This document shows, in pieces, positions 7,618 to 19,900 of a stretch of 41,908 nucleotides of DNA. The notes below the pieces were generated by a model that searched no databases, was not told the origin of the DNA, and was given only the letters and a program-made list of their open reading frames with translations. Source of the stretch: a virus; IMG/VR virus record IMGVR_UViG_3300024265_000023, positions 1 through 41,908 of that record. The stretch is one strand, 5' to 3'. Within the stretch, counting starts at the first letter, position 1; each line of letters opens with the position of its first letter. The translations under genes and the position numbers were made by a program.

Positions 7618-8402
7618 GTACAAAAATTCAATGGTGTGATGAAACCATCAATCCAATAGTCGGGTGTACAAAGATAAGTGAAGGTTGTAAAAACTGTTAT
7701 GCTGAAAAAATGGCATGGCGATTGAAAAATATTGGTATTGAAAAATATCAAGAAGTTGTAAATAAAAATGGATGGACCGGAGAAATTGGAATTGATATTG
7801 ATGCCTTTGATAAACTTCCAAAATATAAATCCAAAAAGGTATTCGTTTGTTCTATGGGTGACATTTTTCATAAAAGGGTTACAGAAAGACAAATCAATCA
7901 AGTAATAGCGATGATGGTCCACCCCATGGGAGGCCTGAGCCACCACACATATATGTTATTGACAAAGCGGCTTGATAGGATACCAGAGTCTTCTCGTGAA
8001 AGATTTGCAGAGTGGAAAAATATTTGGCTCGGTGTAACCGTTGAAAATCAGAAAGCAGATGAACGTATTGAACAATTGCTAAAGGTTCCGGCTTCAATCC
8101 GTTTCCTTTCTATTGAGCCTATGATTGGGCCTATATCTCTTCGCTGGTTATCCGCCTGGCCAAAAGAAAAATATTCAGCTATGAAACCAGGATTCGATGG
8201 AACAAATCATCTTGACGGATTGCGGGAACTTGATTGGGTTATTTGTGGACCAGAAACCGGCCAGGGTAAAAGACCTTTTGAATATGATTGGGCAAGAGTT
8301 TTAAGAGATCAATGCAAAGAGGCCAGCGTCCCATTTTTTTTCAAAAAGCATGACGACCCTGAAACCCCATACGATTTAAGAATAATGGAGTTTCCAAAAT
8401 GA
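7614..8402 (+). CDS. Phage Gp37/Gp68 family protein (DUF5131)
   Basis: N-terminus [37 protein letters not shown] matches the three-Cys signature of this family. The size also fits. Confidence 0.8.
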   Translation: [262 protein letters not shown]

Positions 8403-8791
8403 AAACCCTTTATCTGCCCATTAAAAAAAAATGGTTTGACATGATCAAATCCGGTGATAAGACACAAGAATACCGTGAAATAAAAGATTTTTGGATGAGG
8501 CGGTTAATCTCTCTTAAAGATGATATGGAATACAGCGCCTGGGATGAATTCATCACTGATCTGAATCATCCATATAACAGACATTCCGGACCCGATGAAT
8601 GTTTAAATTATTTCGAGGCAAGATTCAAAGAATTTGATTCTGTTGAATTCAGGAATGGCTATGACAAAAAAGTTCCTTCATTAAAAAAAGAGTTAAGATA
8701 TATCGCTGTTGGTACTGGTAATAAAAGATGGGGTGCTGTATCCGGTAAGTTTTATTTTATTTTAGAATTGGGCAAAATAATGGTGTCATGA
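8399..8791 (+). CDS. ASCH/PUA-like domain protein
   Basis: LYLPIKKKWFDMIKSGDKTQEYREIKDFWMRRL resembles the ASCH N-terminal pattern. ATGA overlap with the upstream gene. Confidence 0.5.
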   Translation: MKTLYLPIKKKWFDMIKSGDKTQEYREIKDFWMRRLISLKDDMEYSAWDEFITDLNHPYNRHSGPDECLNYFEARFKEFDSVEFRNGYDKKVPSLKKELRYIAVGTGNKRWGAVSGKFYFILELGKIMVS

Positions 8792-8807
8792 TGGAAGATA
8801 ATAACAT

Positions 8808-9218
8808 ATGAGAAAAAGTTTCACCAAAAAAGAAAGGCAAAAGGTTTGGAAAAAACATAGAAGAAGATGCGCTTATTGTGGTTGTCTTCTTGAATTTAAA
8901 GATATGCAAGTTGATCATATTATCCCGTTCTATAAATATTCAGAAAAATATGATTGTATTATTATAAGATGTAAAAAATTTACTGATTATGGAATAAATG
9001 ATTTTGAAAATCTTAACCCTGCCTGCAGAGTTTGTAATAAATGGAAAAGTGCATTGAACCTTGAAGAGTTCAGGCATGAAATACAAATGCAGGTTTCCAG
9101 GTTGAATAAAAACTCAGCTGGTTATCGTATGGCTTTAAAATATAAATTAATAAAGCAAACATTAATTAAAGTCGAATTTTACTTTGAAATCCTGGCAATG
9201 ATTGAAAAAAATGATTGA
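8808..9218 (+). CDS. HNH endonuclease
   Basis: Motifs CAYCGC...VDHIIP...NLNPACRVCNKWKS. Confidence 0.85.
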   Translation: MRKSFTKKERQKVWKKHRRRCAYCGCLLEFKDMQVDHIIPFYKYSEKYDCIIIRCKKFTDYGINDFENLNPACRVCNKWKSALNLEEFRHEIQMQVSRLNKNSAGYRMALKYKLIKQTLIKVEFYFEILAMIEKND

Positions 9219-9239
9219 ATAAAAATATAGGAGTAACCG

Positions 9240-10121
9240 TTGACTGATCAAAATCAAGTAACCCTTCGACAATTCTCTGATGAATATCTCTCCTGGAGCA
9301 AGGGAGTCCACAGGAAGAATTCATATGATCTTGAAAAACAGGCATTTGGTAAATTCTTTTATTTTATACAAATATCAGGAAACGATACAAAAACCTTTCT
9401 ATTAAGCAGTGTAGGAACAAAAGTCATTGATCAGTTTATGGCTTATTTCCGGAATAAAGGCCTAAAGGCAACTTCTGTCAATGCATACTTCCGACATTTA
9501 AAGGCTGCTTTCTCAAAGGCAAAGGCCTGGGAGTACATTGAAGAGAATCCTTTCTTTATGATCAAACAATTACGGATTGAAAAGAAGGTGCCGGCATTCA
9601 TACCGCCTGAAGGGATCAAGGAGTTTATCAGTGAAATAAAAAACTTTGATCATAGAATGATGATCACCGGTTATCTTTCAACCGGCCGGCGCCGCGGGGA
9701 ATTGTTATATTTAAAATGGTCTGATATAGATTTTGAAAATAATCAGTACCGAGTTGAATCATCAATGGAATATACTGTAAAGAGTCACATGAGCAAAGAC
9801 TTCCCTATTAATGATATCTTTTTAGATGTATTAAAAACACTGGCCAAAAAATATGGTAAAGATTCAGGCCGGGTTTTCTGGAAATATCATTCACCAAATT
9901 CAGTTACAACTTTTGTTAAAAGGGAATTGATCAAGGGAGGCTATCCCAAATTAAAATTGCATGATCTAAGGCATACCTTTGCTTCGTGGTATTTAATGCG
10001 TCATGGCGATATAGGAGTTTTGCGGGAACTCATGGGGCATAAAAACATTGCAACGACAATGATTTATTCCCATCTTACGCAAGGTCATTTAGATACTGAA
10101 AATAATAAGATTCAATTTTAG
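9240..10121 (+). CDS. int: Tyrosine recombinase/integrase
   Basis: HDLRHTFASWYL...GHKNIATTMIYSHL (box II with catalytic Tyr) and RRRGELLYLKWSDI (box I Arg). TTG start behind AGGAG. Confidence 0.9.
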   Translation: MTDQNQVTLRQFSDEYLSWSKGVHRKNSYDLEKQAFGKFFYFIQISGNDTKTFLLSSVGTKVIDQFMAYFRNKGLKATSVNAYFRHLKAAFSKAKAWEYIEENPFFMIKQLRIEKKVPAFIPPEGIKEFISEIKNFDHRMMITGYLSTGRRRGELLYLKWSDIDFENNQYRVESSMEYTVKSHMSKDFPINDIFLDVLKTLAKKYGKDSGRVFWKYHSPNSVTTFVKRELIKGGYPKLKLHDLRHTFASWYLMRHGDIGVLRELMGHKNIATTMIYSHLTQGHLDTENNKIQF

Positions 10122-10239
10122 ATATGATTTTAATATATTGTTAGATTTTTCATGATCGCCCTTTACCTTTATTCGTTACGCTGTGAATGTCAACCTCATT
10201 TTTTAATGAATAAACTTAAACACCAATAAGCAGGTAATC

Positions 10240-12780
10240 TTAATTAATATTTATATCCCACACTTTCTGAGTTATTAAATCAGCACCATCAGCACATTCA
10301 CCAGTAACTTTCATAAGCACATCTGCTGTCATATCCTCAGTGCCTTGTGCGCTTGATTGCTGTCTAATAGCAGTCGCATTAAAACCAATACAAGTTATTC
10401 TTTGCTGTGAAGAACTATTCCTTTGAATAGTTACCTGTGCTGACCACTCATTAGTGTCATTATTCGCGGGATGAATAGAGAAAGTGTAAGATCCAAAATG
10501 AAAAATAATAGTTTTATTTCCGTTACTGTTTGTTATATCACCGGCAATCGTAACTTTGATCGTTTGTCCCACTCCAACAGTACCAGCTTTTATCGTTGTG
10601 GTTCTGAGGATATCTTCTCCGGTACCGGATGTTGAAACAGATCCTTGCACCCCACGCTGAGTCAAATCACCCGTATCAACAATATAAGTGGCAGCCTCAG
10701 AGTAATTGATACCTACTTCAACAGAGTTTCCAGCATTCGAATCAATTGTGATACCACGTGTAAGAACATTTGTTGCAGTTTTTCCACCTCTTACAAATGA
10801 GTTACCTCCGATAAAGCCTATATTATTGACACCACCTGTAATTAGGGTTCCTATCGCAGAAGCAAAAGCGGCTCCCTTGGAATCCGTCCATGGATCTGTT
10901 ATTACATTGCCCCTTACGCCGAAACCATAGTTATCATTAAATAATAAAATGCCATAGGTTCCACATTCTATTATCTGATTAGTTGAAAGATCAATTCCTT
11001 TGGTGTATTGAATTAAAATACCAGCACTGGATGATGAGTCTTCATCATTATACCCTCTTAAGAAATTCCCTTCTATTGACCCCGTAGCAAGACCAGAAGC
11101 ATAACCTACAAGCCGTATGCCCATTTCTGTTGTGCCCGCTGTGCTTCCACTGTCTGCGTTATTTCCTTTTATAAGGGTATCTATAGGCTCAAAAGTGGCG
11201 GCGGCTCCGTCAGTGCTTGTAGCAACATTTATAGCTCTTTGACCACCTTTTATAATGTTACCCTCAATAGAGGATCTATTTGTAGACCTAAAATCTATAG
11301 CAGTCCAAGGGAAAGTGTTGATAATATTTTTCGTTACATTTATATCCGACGATCTTGGATAGACACCTAAAGTATCAATATGCCTCGTTATTGTGATTCC
11401 ATAAGAAGCGTGGAACTCACCTGTCATATTAAAAATATTATTCTTATGAACACTACCTCTTTGCCCGCACCAATCAGAGAAACCAGCATAATTTATATTG
11501 CTAATAAAATTATTAACAACCTCATAATCTTGCACAAATTGATACCAAATCGCCCTACCACCAAAATTATCAATTATACAATTTCTAACATGCACGGTTG
11601 ATAAATAGTTAGACGAATCAGCACCGTGGGCGTGGATTGCATTCTCGCTATTAAAGAACGAGGCGTTTTGCAAACCTGACACTTTTATATTTTCAACAGT
11701 TACATTTGATGCCGTTATATCTAAACCTGTAGTGTTTGATGTCACTTGCCTTATTTCGGACACTTCACCATCCCCTGTAATGAAAAGAGATTTATCAATC
11801 AGTATAGGAGATGATATCTTATATTGAGCCAAACCACCTGAGATATGCAAATTCCCACCAATTATCAAAGAGGCAACAGCCGAGTTTATTGCTATTGTAT
11901 CATCAATTAAAGTCTCGTTATTATTAGCACCGAACCAATAAGGAATTGACTTTTTAAGTCCTTCAACAACAAGATTTTCGCCAAATATTTGATAATCACC
12001 TGCTATCAATGGTCCATTTATATTTAATATTTCAGGTCCACCACCGGCTACACCATCAATTTTCCCCCCTTGCGTTATCCATAATGTCAAAGTTGATGGA
12101 GTAGTTACCGTCACTCCGTCCGCTATAATTGTTAAAACTGGAATCTGCAAAATTGTTGGAGATGATCCAATTGCTGCAACCGCTGATGCCAAATCGTCGT
12201 AATTACCAATCCAATCTATTGTCGGAACCGAAACTGACCCAGCTGAAAAATTTTTAAATCCATCAAGCAAACTATTCCAGCCGATTACATTATTAACTGT
12301 TGGATTCGGTAAAGTATAATCAAAACCAGGGTCAATGATAGCAGGCGCTATGGGGGTTCTACTTAACAATGCCCTATTATCTCTACTTTGTAGGGTTGCC
12401 TTATCAAGCGCCGATTCATAGAGTTCAGCAGGCGTGGCTCTATTATTCTTTAAGTCAAGTTCCTGGGTTAAGGAGGTCAATCCGTCAATTGTAAGGGTTC
12501 CGTCGTCAGGGGCTGTATTTGCAACAACCTCAAAATTTATTATTGTATACCCTTCATCACCCAAAGCGTCCTGGACCCAATCTTCTTGGCTTCCGTCCAA
12601 ATCATTAATAAATGTTACCGTTAAATCCGATTCATCAATATAATCAAAAGTGATGGGGAAATTGGTTGTTAACCCATTTGCAGTATATTGTTTCGGGGGT
12701 TGAATCGTGTTTGTGATTGTGGCAAAAGCGATACCGGTGAATAGAAACAATGTCAAAATGACATATAATATTTTTTTCAT
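10240..12780 (-). CDS. Tail spike/fibre with a right-handed beta-helix-like repeat region and an N-terminal signal peptide
   Basis: 846 aa. MKKILYVILTLFLFTGIAFA signal. Repeated N/G-rich beta-helix-like turns (NVTVENIKVSG, VRNCIIDNFGG, NNFISNINYAG, GNIIKGG). Last gene of the tail module. Confidence 0.6.
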   Translation of the reverse strand: MKKILYVILTLFLFTGIAFATITNTIQPPKQYTANGLTTNFPITFDYIDESDLTVTFINDLDGSQEDWVQDALGDEGYTIINFEVVANTAPDDGTLTIDGLTSLTQELDLKNNRATPAELYESALDKATLQSRDNRALLSRTPIAPAIIDPGFDYTLPNPTVNNVIGWNSLLDGFKNFSAGSVSVPTIDWIGNYDDLASAVAAIGSSPTILQIPVLTIIADGVTVTTPSTLTLWITQGGKIDGVAGGGPEILNINGPLIAGDYQIFGENLVVEGLKKSIPYWFGANNNETLIDDTIAINSAVASLIIGGNLHISGGLAQYKISSPILIDKSLFITGDGEVSEIRQVTSNTTGLDITASNVTVENIKVSGLQNASFFNSENAIHAHGADSSNYLSTVHVRNCIIDNFGGRAIWYQFVQDYEVVNNFISNINYAGFSDWCGQRGSVHKNNIFNMTGEFHASYGITITRHIDTLGVYPRSSDINVTKNIINTFPWTAIDFRSTNRSSIEGNIIKGGQRAINVATSTDGAAATFEPIDTLIKGNNADSGSTAGTTEMGIRLVGYASGLATGSIEGNFLRGYNDEDSSSSAGILIQYTKGIDLSTNQIIECGTYGILLFNDNYGFGVRGNVITDPWTDSKGAAFASAIGTLITGGVNNIGFIGGNSFVRGGKTATNVLTRGITIDSNAGNSVEVGINYSEAATYIVDTGDLTQRGVQGSVSTSGTGEDILRTTTIKAGTVGVGQTIKVTIAGDITNSNGNKTIIFHFGSYTFSIHPANNDTNEWSAQVTIQRNSSSQQRITCIGFNATAIRQQSSAQGTEDMTADVLMKVTGECADGADLITQKVWDININ

Positions 12781-12795
12781 ATTCTCTCCCTGGTT

Positions 12796-13944
12796 TTATA
12801 AAAAATTATTGTCAACAAAAATCATATCATAGGCGCCTATCACCCCTACAGTTGCACTAACTTCATCACACACAATTATAATATCTGACTTTTCAGGTAT
12901 TGGTACTGGAACACCATAGCCATAAATCCAGAATTGACCCCCGTTTGCTATCACTTCCACTTGACCATTGACAGCATATATTCCCGTTGCACCATTATTC
13001 AATCTTGCCCGCCATGTGAATTGTGCCGAGGCGGGGGTAGCAGGATTACCACCGGAGCTTATCCCTACGTAGCCCTTTAGGAAAAGACCTGTCTTTCCAC
13101 TGGGAATAGTGAAATTAGCTTGTTGTGTGCGGCCGTCCCCAGCTGTAATGAATATACCGGCGTTTGTGGTGGCATCAACTTCAACGGAAATATTACCCTC
13201 ATTCATAGCTGATGCACCGGCATGCAATACTGTACCACGATATAATCTTACGAATCCTGTCGATATCGCAACATCAGTTTGTCCATTGAGGATAATTGTC
13301 TCAGTTGCAACGGTCCAGGTTAAACCTGAAGCCGTCAAGCCTTCAATATTTATAACACCAGCACCGGTATCCCCGCTTGATGCAATTCTATAAGTATCGC
13401 CTGATTCATTCGGCTTAGATGTTAAAGATTTATGGGCTACAGTGGACCCGGTTGTCATTGTGGTATGGGTAAGCTCAGTTTCAGAAGTTACTACTTTCAC
13501 GGTTCCAAATTCTCCATTGGTGTCATTTATGACAATATCACCAACCGCCACCCCGTCCGATACAAATGTGGCACCGGAGTCAACCAATGTTGTTAAACTT
13601 CCACCTGTTGCCGTCCCAGAACTTACGAGGGACCCGACATCATCAACATCAGTTGAAACGGCTTCAACAGTCTGGTTTGTTGTAAAATAAAAATCATATA
13701 TCCCGCCGCCGCCCCAAACATCTTCCGGATCGGTTGCAACTTCGACAACAGGATTATGACCATATTTATTTATATGTGAATACCCGGGGATTTGACCAAG
13801 GGCAACCCTCAATAAAAAATCTGCCTGGAAGGAATTGGCGGTTGACCGCAGCCCACCGCTATTAATTGCTATGCCTTCAGCAAACGAAAAGCTGACAGAC
13901 ATAAATAAAATAAAAAAGGATAATAAAAGTTTTTTAATAATCAT
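12796..13944 (-). CDS. Tail-module protein (382 aa) with an N-terminal signal peptide
   Basis: MIIKKLLLSFFILFMSVSFSFA signal. G/T/S-rich beta-type composition. ATGA overlap with the upstream giant gene. Confidence 0.5.
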   Translation of the reverse strand: MIIKKLLLSFFILFMSVSFSFAEGIAINSGGLRSTANSFQADFLLRVALGQIPGYSHINKYGHNPVVEVATDPEDVWGGGGIYDFYFTTNQTVEAVSTDVDDVGSLVSSGTATGGSLTTLVDSGATFVSDGVAVGDIVINDTNGEFGTVKVVTSETELTHTTMTTGSTVAHKSLTSKPNESGDTYRIASSGDTGAGVINIEGLTASGLTWTVATETIILNGQTDVAISTGFVRLYRGTVLHAGASAMNEGNISVEVDATTNAGIFITAGDGRTQQANFTIPSGKTGLFLKGYVGISSGGNPATPASAQFTWRARLNNGATGIYAVNGQVEVIANGGQFWIYGYGVPVPIPEKSDIIIVCDEVSATVGVIGAYDMIFVDNNFL

Positions 13945-16900
13945 CGTTTTTTCCTTATTTTAGGATTTCTTACCAGGACATTTATTGCCGTTCCGTCACC
14001 GTTTTCATATTGTTCAATACCTTGATCAATTTCTCTAATTATTTTAGGGAATGGTGTTCTGACCCCATAAGCCAACATTTCCAGCAATGCAAGTAAAGAC
14101 CTTTCAAGTTTTTCATCATCATCAAGATCTTCTATCCACTTTATTGTATCATTTATTAATTTAATGGCCAGTTTAGAACCGATCAATACAGGAGAATCAA
14201 AGGGATCCCTCTGGAAACCCTTAAATATTCCGGCCACGGCCCCGGCAAACTCCCTGATCAGGAATATCCCTATAAACTGATATGTGATGACGTCCAATAC
14301 AACATCTTCCGGATCTGGTTCTTCTCCCCACATTAAAGCAAACATCAGATTCATCATAATTGGAGGCGCTACCTGCTCCATGGTGACTATTGAAGTATAT
14401 CTTGCAAAACTTATTGATCCATTTTTCCATGCATTATAATGATATCTCTGCCTGGCTCCCATCTTTGCCGTGAAAGTTGAAAATAAAGTAAAGAATCGAT
14501 GCCAACCTTTTCGGCTTCTCTGTAGATGGTTCAAGTCTATTTCCTGTGAAGAAGGCTGGCTATTCCTGATCTGTGAGTCTGCATACCTAACAGCCTTGGC
14601 CATGTCACCATTATTTATCTTCATTCCCTTCTGATATGCACCCTGCCAGGATGGAAAAACCGTAGCAAAGTCCATTGCCCGGATGAACATAAACATTGCA
14701 TTTTGAACATCATCCCATGTCTGACCTCTAAAACTTTTTTTCCCGGGCTTGATCAAACCAATATTCCTTCTCAGATCCCGGTCAACATTATCAGATCGTG
14801 TTCTCATAAATGGACTTGCTGCCCTCATTCCATTATATGCGTCCCATGGGGAAACAAGAACCTTACCAATTCCACGCATATACCAGAAAACACCATTTGC
14901 TGAATTGCCATCACCAACATCATTAAGGAAACCAAAAATTGAAAATGGTTGTTTTAATGCTACTGACCTGCTTAATCCAAGAGTGTATGATGTTGCTCTC
15001 TGGGCTTCCCTTAAAGCTATGGTATCCATATGTTCAAGTCTGATGGCGTTCGGCCTTGCAATCTCAGCGAGTGCCGGCCGCATCATTTCATAAAGCGCCT
15101 GGCCTTCTGCTTTTTCCACCGCATCCTGATATTGTTCACTTCTGATTATTTTATTTACATCATTAACAGCTTCCGAATGGGTGATATATCTGATTGAAGT
15201 ATTTACATGGGTAAAAAGAACATTCAAATCAAGTTTCACAGGAAGAGAAACCTTACCTGTTGCCCTGGACTGCAGCATACCATTCTTAGGATTTGCCGGC
15301 TGAAACATTGCCTCTGATGAATTCATGAAGTCTTCTTTTTCTGTCCATTCTCCAATCTGAGTACTCAACGACCTATCAAAAAGAATTGGATAATACCCAC
15401 CTTTTAATTTGAGACCGGTTGGAGTTATAAACTCTTCAGCTTCAACCTTTTTTTGATGAAAATCATTTATCCTGAAAAAAGCAGCGTCCAGCTGTGGCCA
15501 CAACGAATTAACAATATCCCAAATCTCTTGAACATTCTTCCAGTCTTGTTCATTTAAAATACTTGTCAGGGCATCAACATCATTATTAGTTATCAAATAT
15601 CCACCGGTTATTCTTTGCAGGTTCTGACTGTTGCCCCTATTTAATGCAATGGCCAAAATTCTTTCAAATGTCCAGAATCTTTCTTTCCCCCTTTTCATGT
15701 TTTCAGGGACCGGAACACCGGTATCAACAATTCTTTTTGGAAAATCGTTTACTCTTTTTGAAAAATATTCAGCAATAGGATTTAATTTATCAGAGAATTC
15801 CTGAACAAGATCAATAAATTCATTATCTGCATCAAATAGCCTGTTGTTTATAGCCTCTTCGTTCGGCCCGATCTTGCCCTTTATGCTCACAAAACCGTCA
15901 AGCCTACGGGAAATAAATGGTAAAGACTCCTGGGTTGCAAAAAATCTCCTGGTTGCCGTTGTTAATTTTTCAAGGATAGAATCTTCAGGAAAAATTTTCT
16001 TTGTTCTTTTTCTTGCTCTCATCGGCTGAACGAGCTCAGTGACTTTTTCCTGAACTAAAGTTTTACCATCTGACAATCGATCCTTTTTAACTCTGCGGCC
16101 TCTTTTTTCAAAATATCTAATAAGGTCATCAAGCTCAGTGAATTGATCCACTGTTAAATTTTTATAATTTGTTTCAAAAACATCAAGCATAAACATATCT
16201 GAATATGTTGGGACCATCTCCCACATTTCAATATCAACACCTTCAGTAAGTTTTGCAAAAAATTCGCCAATGGCCGGACGATCTTGATCAAGTACAAGAT
16301 TTCTCTTGGTTAATCCAAACCTTTGCATAACCCTGACGGCCTGCTGTTTATATTCATTCTTAATGGTCTTTGACTTAATTATCCTGGAAGATCTTTTTAT
16401 AAGTTGCTCAACTAATTTCCTCTGCTTGATTGATAATCCGGATAACTCATAATTTAATCTGACCTTTTCGTTTGCTTCTGATGCTTCACCAAACTTGCCC
16501 TGCTGTGCTTTCTTCCGTTCAATTCTTGAATATTTTTTTAATGATGCAAGGTAACTATTAGTTCTAATGGCTTTTTTGATCTGATAATCAGCAAATAATT
16601 TTTTAGCAAAAATCTTAAATGTTTTCGCAGGTGCCACATCAGTAACACCCCTGTTTTCATACTTTGCCATGATGGAAAGGAATTCACCATATTCCTTTGT
16701 GCCGATCAAATAATCATTCGGCTGAAACTTCTCATCATTCTCCATCTGCTGTCTTTGAACATAATTATCAATGAATGCCTGCATTGGAACAACACTTGCC
16801 AGATCTTCAACCATGGCATCAACGGTATCATAACCAAAATCAAGTGCAGCTTCAGGAAGGTTTTGACCGTCTTTTCTTACAACTCTGGGCACTGTCTTTG

Positions 16901-19900
16901 GAATTTTATCTATGTTTTCTTTACCATAAATATAATCCATCTGCTGTTTGTTCAGGCCTTTGCCTTTGGACATCGCCAATAATTTTTGATATTCAGGCCG
17001 TTTTAATGCTATTTCCCGGCCTTTCTCTTTCCAGGCTTTACGCTTAGACCGATTATCTTTATTTCTATCCTTCACAAGTTGCTGTTCAGCCTTGAATATC
17101 GCATCTTTAAGAAGACGCTTCATGAATTCCCGATCTTCAGGAACAATCCCCAGGGAATCCATGGTTGCCTTTGAAGGCATTTCCATCTGATTTTCCTGAA
17201 CAGCAAGATCTGTTTCAACCTCAGCAACAAGCATCCTGTCAAATACTTGTCTGATTTCGTCATTCAATTCAACATCAAGGGCATTTATGGATTTGTAGAC
17301 AGAAAGAAGCCATTTCCTAAATCGTTCAAACGAATTTTCAAGATCTTTAGATGGGGCCTTTCCTTCAAATAGGTAAGCTTCAAATCCCCGGGCAAACTTT
17401 TCCTGCTGTTCTGTTGTAAAAGATTCCTGACCCTTTTCAAATCCGAGCCATTCTTTAATGGTATTATTATCATTGATGAATTGTTCCGATGCGGTTCCGA
17501 TATCAACCACGGATTGCATTTCATTAAGGAATAGGTGCCCTGTCTCATGGAGAAGGGTTGAAAGATCTGCTTTGCCTTTGAATATGGTGATTATGTTTTC
17601 TTCAGGGGTGATGGTGATGGCGCCTTTTACTTTTTTTTCTTTTTCTTGCCGGAAGATATTTGGATCAGTCGGATCAAATGTGCCTATATTTTCTGAAGCT
17701 GATTTAATTTGTTCCGGATTAAAAGCAACATAAGTAATCTGATCATCATCAACTAACTTTAATCCATCAAAACCTCTACCTATAAGCTCATCTATGCCAA
17801 ACTTATCATATTCTTTCCAACCAGCTGGATTTTGTATAGAAATGAAAGCGTCAACAATAACACCCTTACCCTGTGCGCCAACTTCTCCCCCTTCTATTTT
17901 TGACTTGTCGTTTGTAAACCAAAAAGTTCCACCAATACTCCTTTCTGGATCAAACGCTTCGAATCTCTCTGCCGTGCCATGAAAGACTACCTCTGGATTA
18001 CCTTCATCGTCAACGACCTTGGAATCTTTAAAGAAGGCTTTGAATTCTTCTGTCTCTGGTTGTATTGGTTCAGCTTGGAATAAATCAAATGGTTCAACTA
18101 TTTTTCCTAATTCACTTTCAGAAAGATCAGTCTCAAGAACCTCAATTTCCTGATCCTCATTTGCCTCAAATGTTCCTTCAAGACCACGAAATGTCACAAC
18201 ACCATCATCAACACTTTCAATCTCATAGACATCCCAACCACTTGCGCCCTTACCACTAAGAATAGTAACCTTGCTGCCCTGTTCAATATCAATGGCTTTT
18301 ATATTAACATAGTTTCCTGCAGGCGGTTCTTCAGCCTCAAACTCTTCTTCCTCTTGAATTCTTGCCTCTATTTCAGGAATAACGCCGGTTACACCCCTTT
18401 TCAAAGCGTCTGGCTGAGTTCTTAACACTTCAAGAAGATCTTCATCCTGCTGAAGCCATCCTTCTCTCTTTAACTGCTCTTCAGCCAAGTCAATAGGGAA
18501 ACCGCCTTTTTTAAAAAGAAACTTTGCACCAACCGATAAGCTTTTCACCTCCCCCTTAAAATTTAAAGGAGCAATTCCACCAAATTGTTTTATTCTACCT
18601 CTTAATGTTGTAACGCCTGGACGTGGTTTTTTTCTTGGAGCCGGGATAAACTCAGAACCTTTTTCAAAGGCTTCCAGGGCTTGACCTCTTAATCTTATTC
18701 GTGAAACAGTATCAACCCTATTCTGTCCCTCAAGCGCCAACCTTTCAGAAAATCTTTCAATCAATGTCCCGAACTCTTCAACCTGTTCAGGAATAACACC
18801 TGCAGCCGCCGCCTCATCTTTTATCCTTGTGAGCTCAGTCTGAAACCCCGTTTCATCCTCAATGGCATCACTGAACCTATCCGCGATATCAGCAAGACTG
18901 CCTTCAATATCAATTTCGTCAACTTGCCTTTGACTCATTGCCCCGGGCGCCTGCTTTAAATCATCAATGATAAAATTTCTTTCCTCTGGTGATAACCTGG
19001 CATGGACCTTACTCATCGTAACTGGTATGTCATGGCCTGAACTAATTTCTTCAATAGCTTCTTCAGGATCCACCCCAAGTTTTTCCATGATCTCCGTCAC
19101 GACTTCCGGGTTTTCCTGAAAAAGAACCTGAGCCCCATCAGAAGAAATAAAACCGGTTTCGCCAAGGCCAAGGATATTTAAAAACTTTTCAGAGTTCTCC
19201 GGGGATCGCTCTTTTGTTTTTGAATTATCCATGGCAGTGCCAACCCTGGAATGAAGGTCTTTAAAGTCTGCAGCATTCTTCTTATTGGTTTCAAAGTCTT
19301 CAATTTCTTTTTTTTGGGAAACAAAAGCAGTGCCCCCGCCAAGGATAAATGCCCCGGGGATAACATCAATGTTCCGTGCCCCTTCAATAACCTGATCAAT
19401 TATTTCCTGGGGAGTGTCCTCTTCTGCCAGGGCTTTTATCAAGGCTTGTGTCGGTTCTTCTGCCCATTCAGTGGCAGCCTCAACCCCACCTTTTACAAAG
19501 GACCTGAATATTCTTGATTTTAAATTTTTGACAGGGGTTTTATCAAGGATAGCATCAAGACCAATCCTGTTCAGGTATGCAGACACACCACCAAAGGAAA
19601 TGGCAGCATTCAAGGCAGTTACCCGACTAACCTCTTTTTCTTCCATCATTTCATTAAAAAGAGCAGTTCCTTCCTGAAGACCACCAACCAAACCGGCAAC
19701 CGCTGTTGATCCACCTGTTGCATAAGCTGTTGCAAATATCGGAATCATAGAAGAAAGAGCATCCCCTGTATTCTGGATTAACCATTCAGGGTTTGCAAGA
19801 AGCTGAGGGTTATCAATGAGTCTGAGACCTTTGATATCTTCGGACAATCCAAGATTAAAGCCTAAGAACTCATCATCACCCTGCAGGACTTGCCCCTGTG

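Noticed and set aside
14221-19677. Numerous 60-115-aa ORFs on both strands inside the 2220-aa gene (for example 14749-15093, 16775-17047, 17285-17548, 19251-19517)
   Set aside because: They are shadow ORFs fully nested in a long continuous coding frame and have no RBS or independent support.
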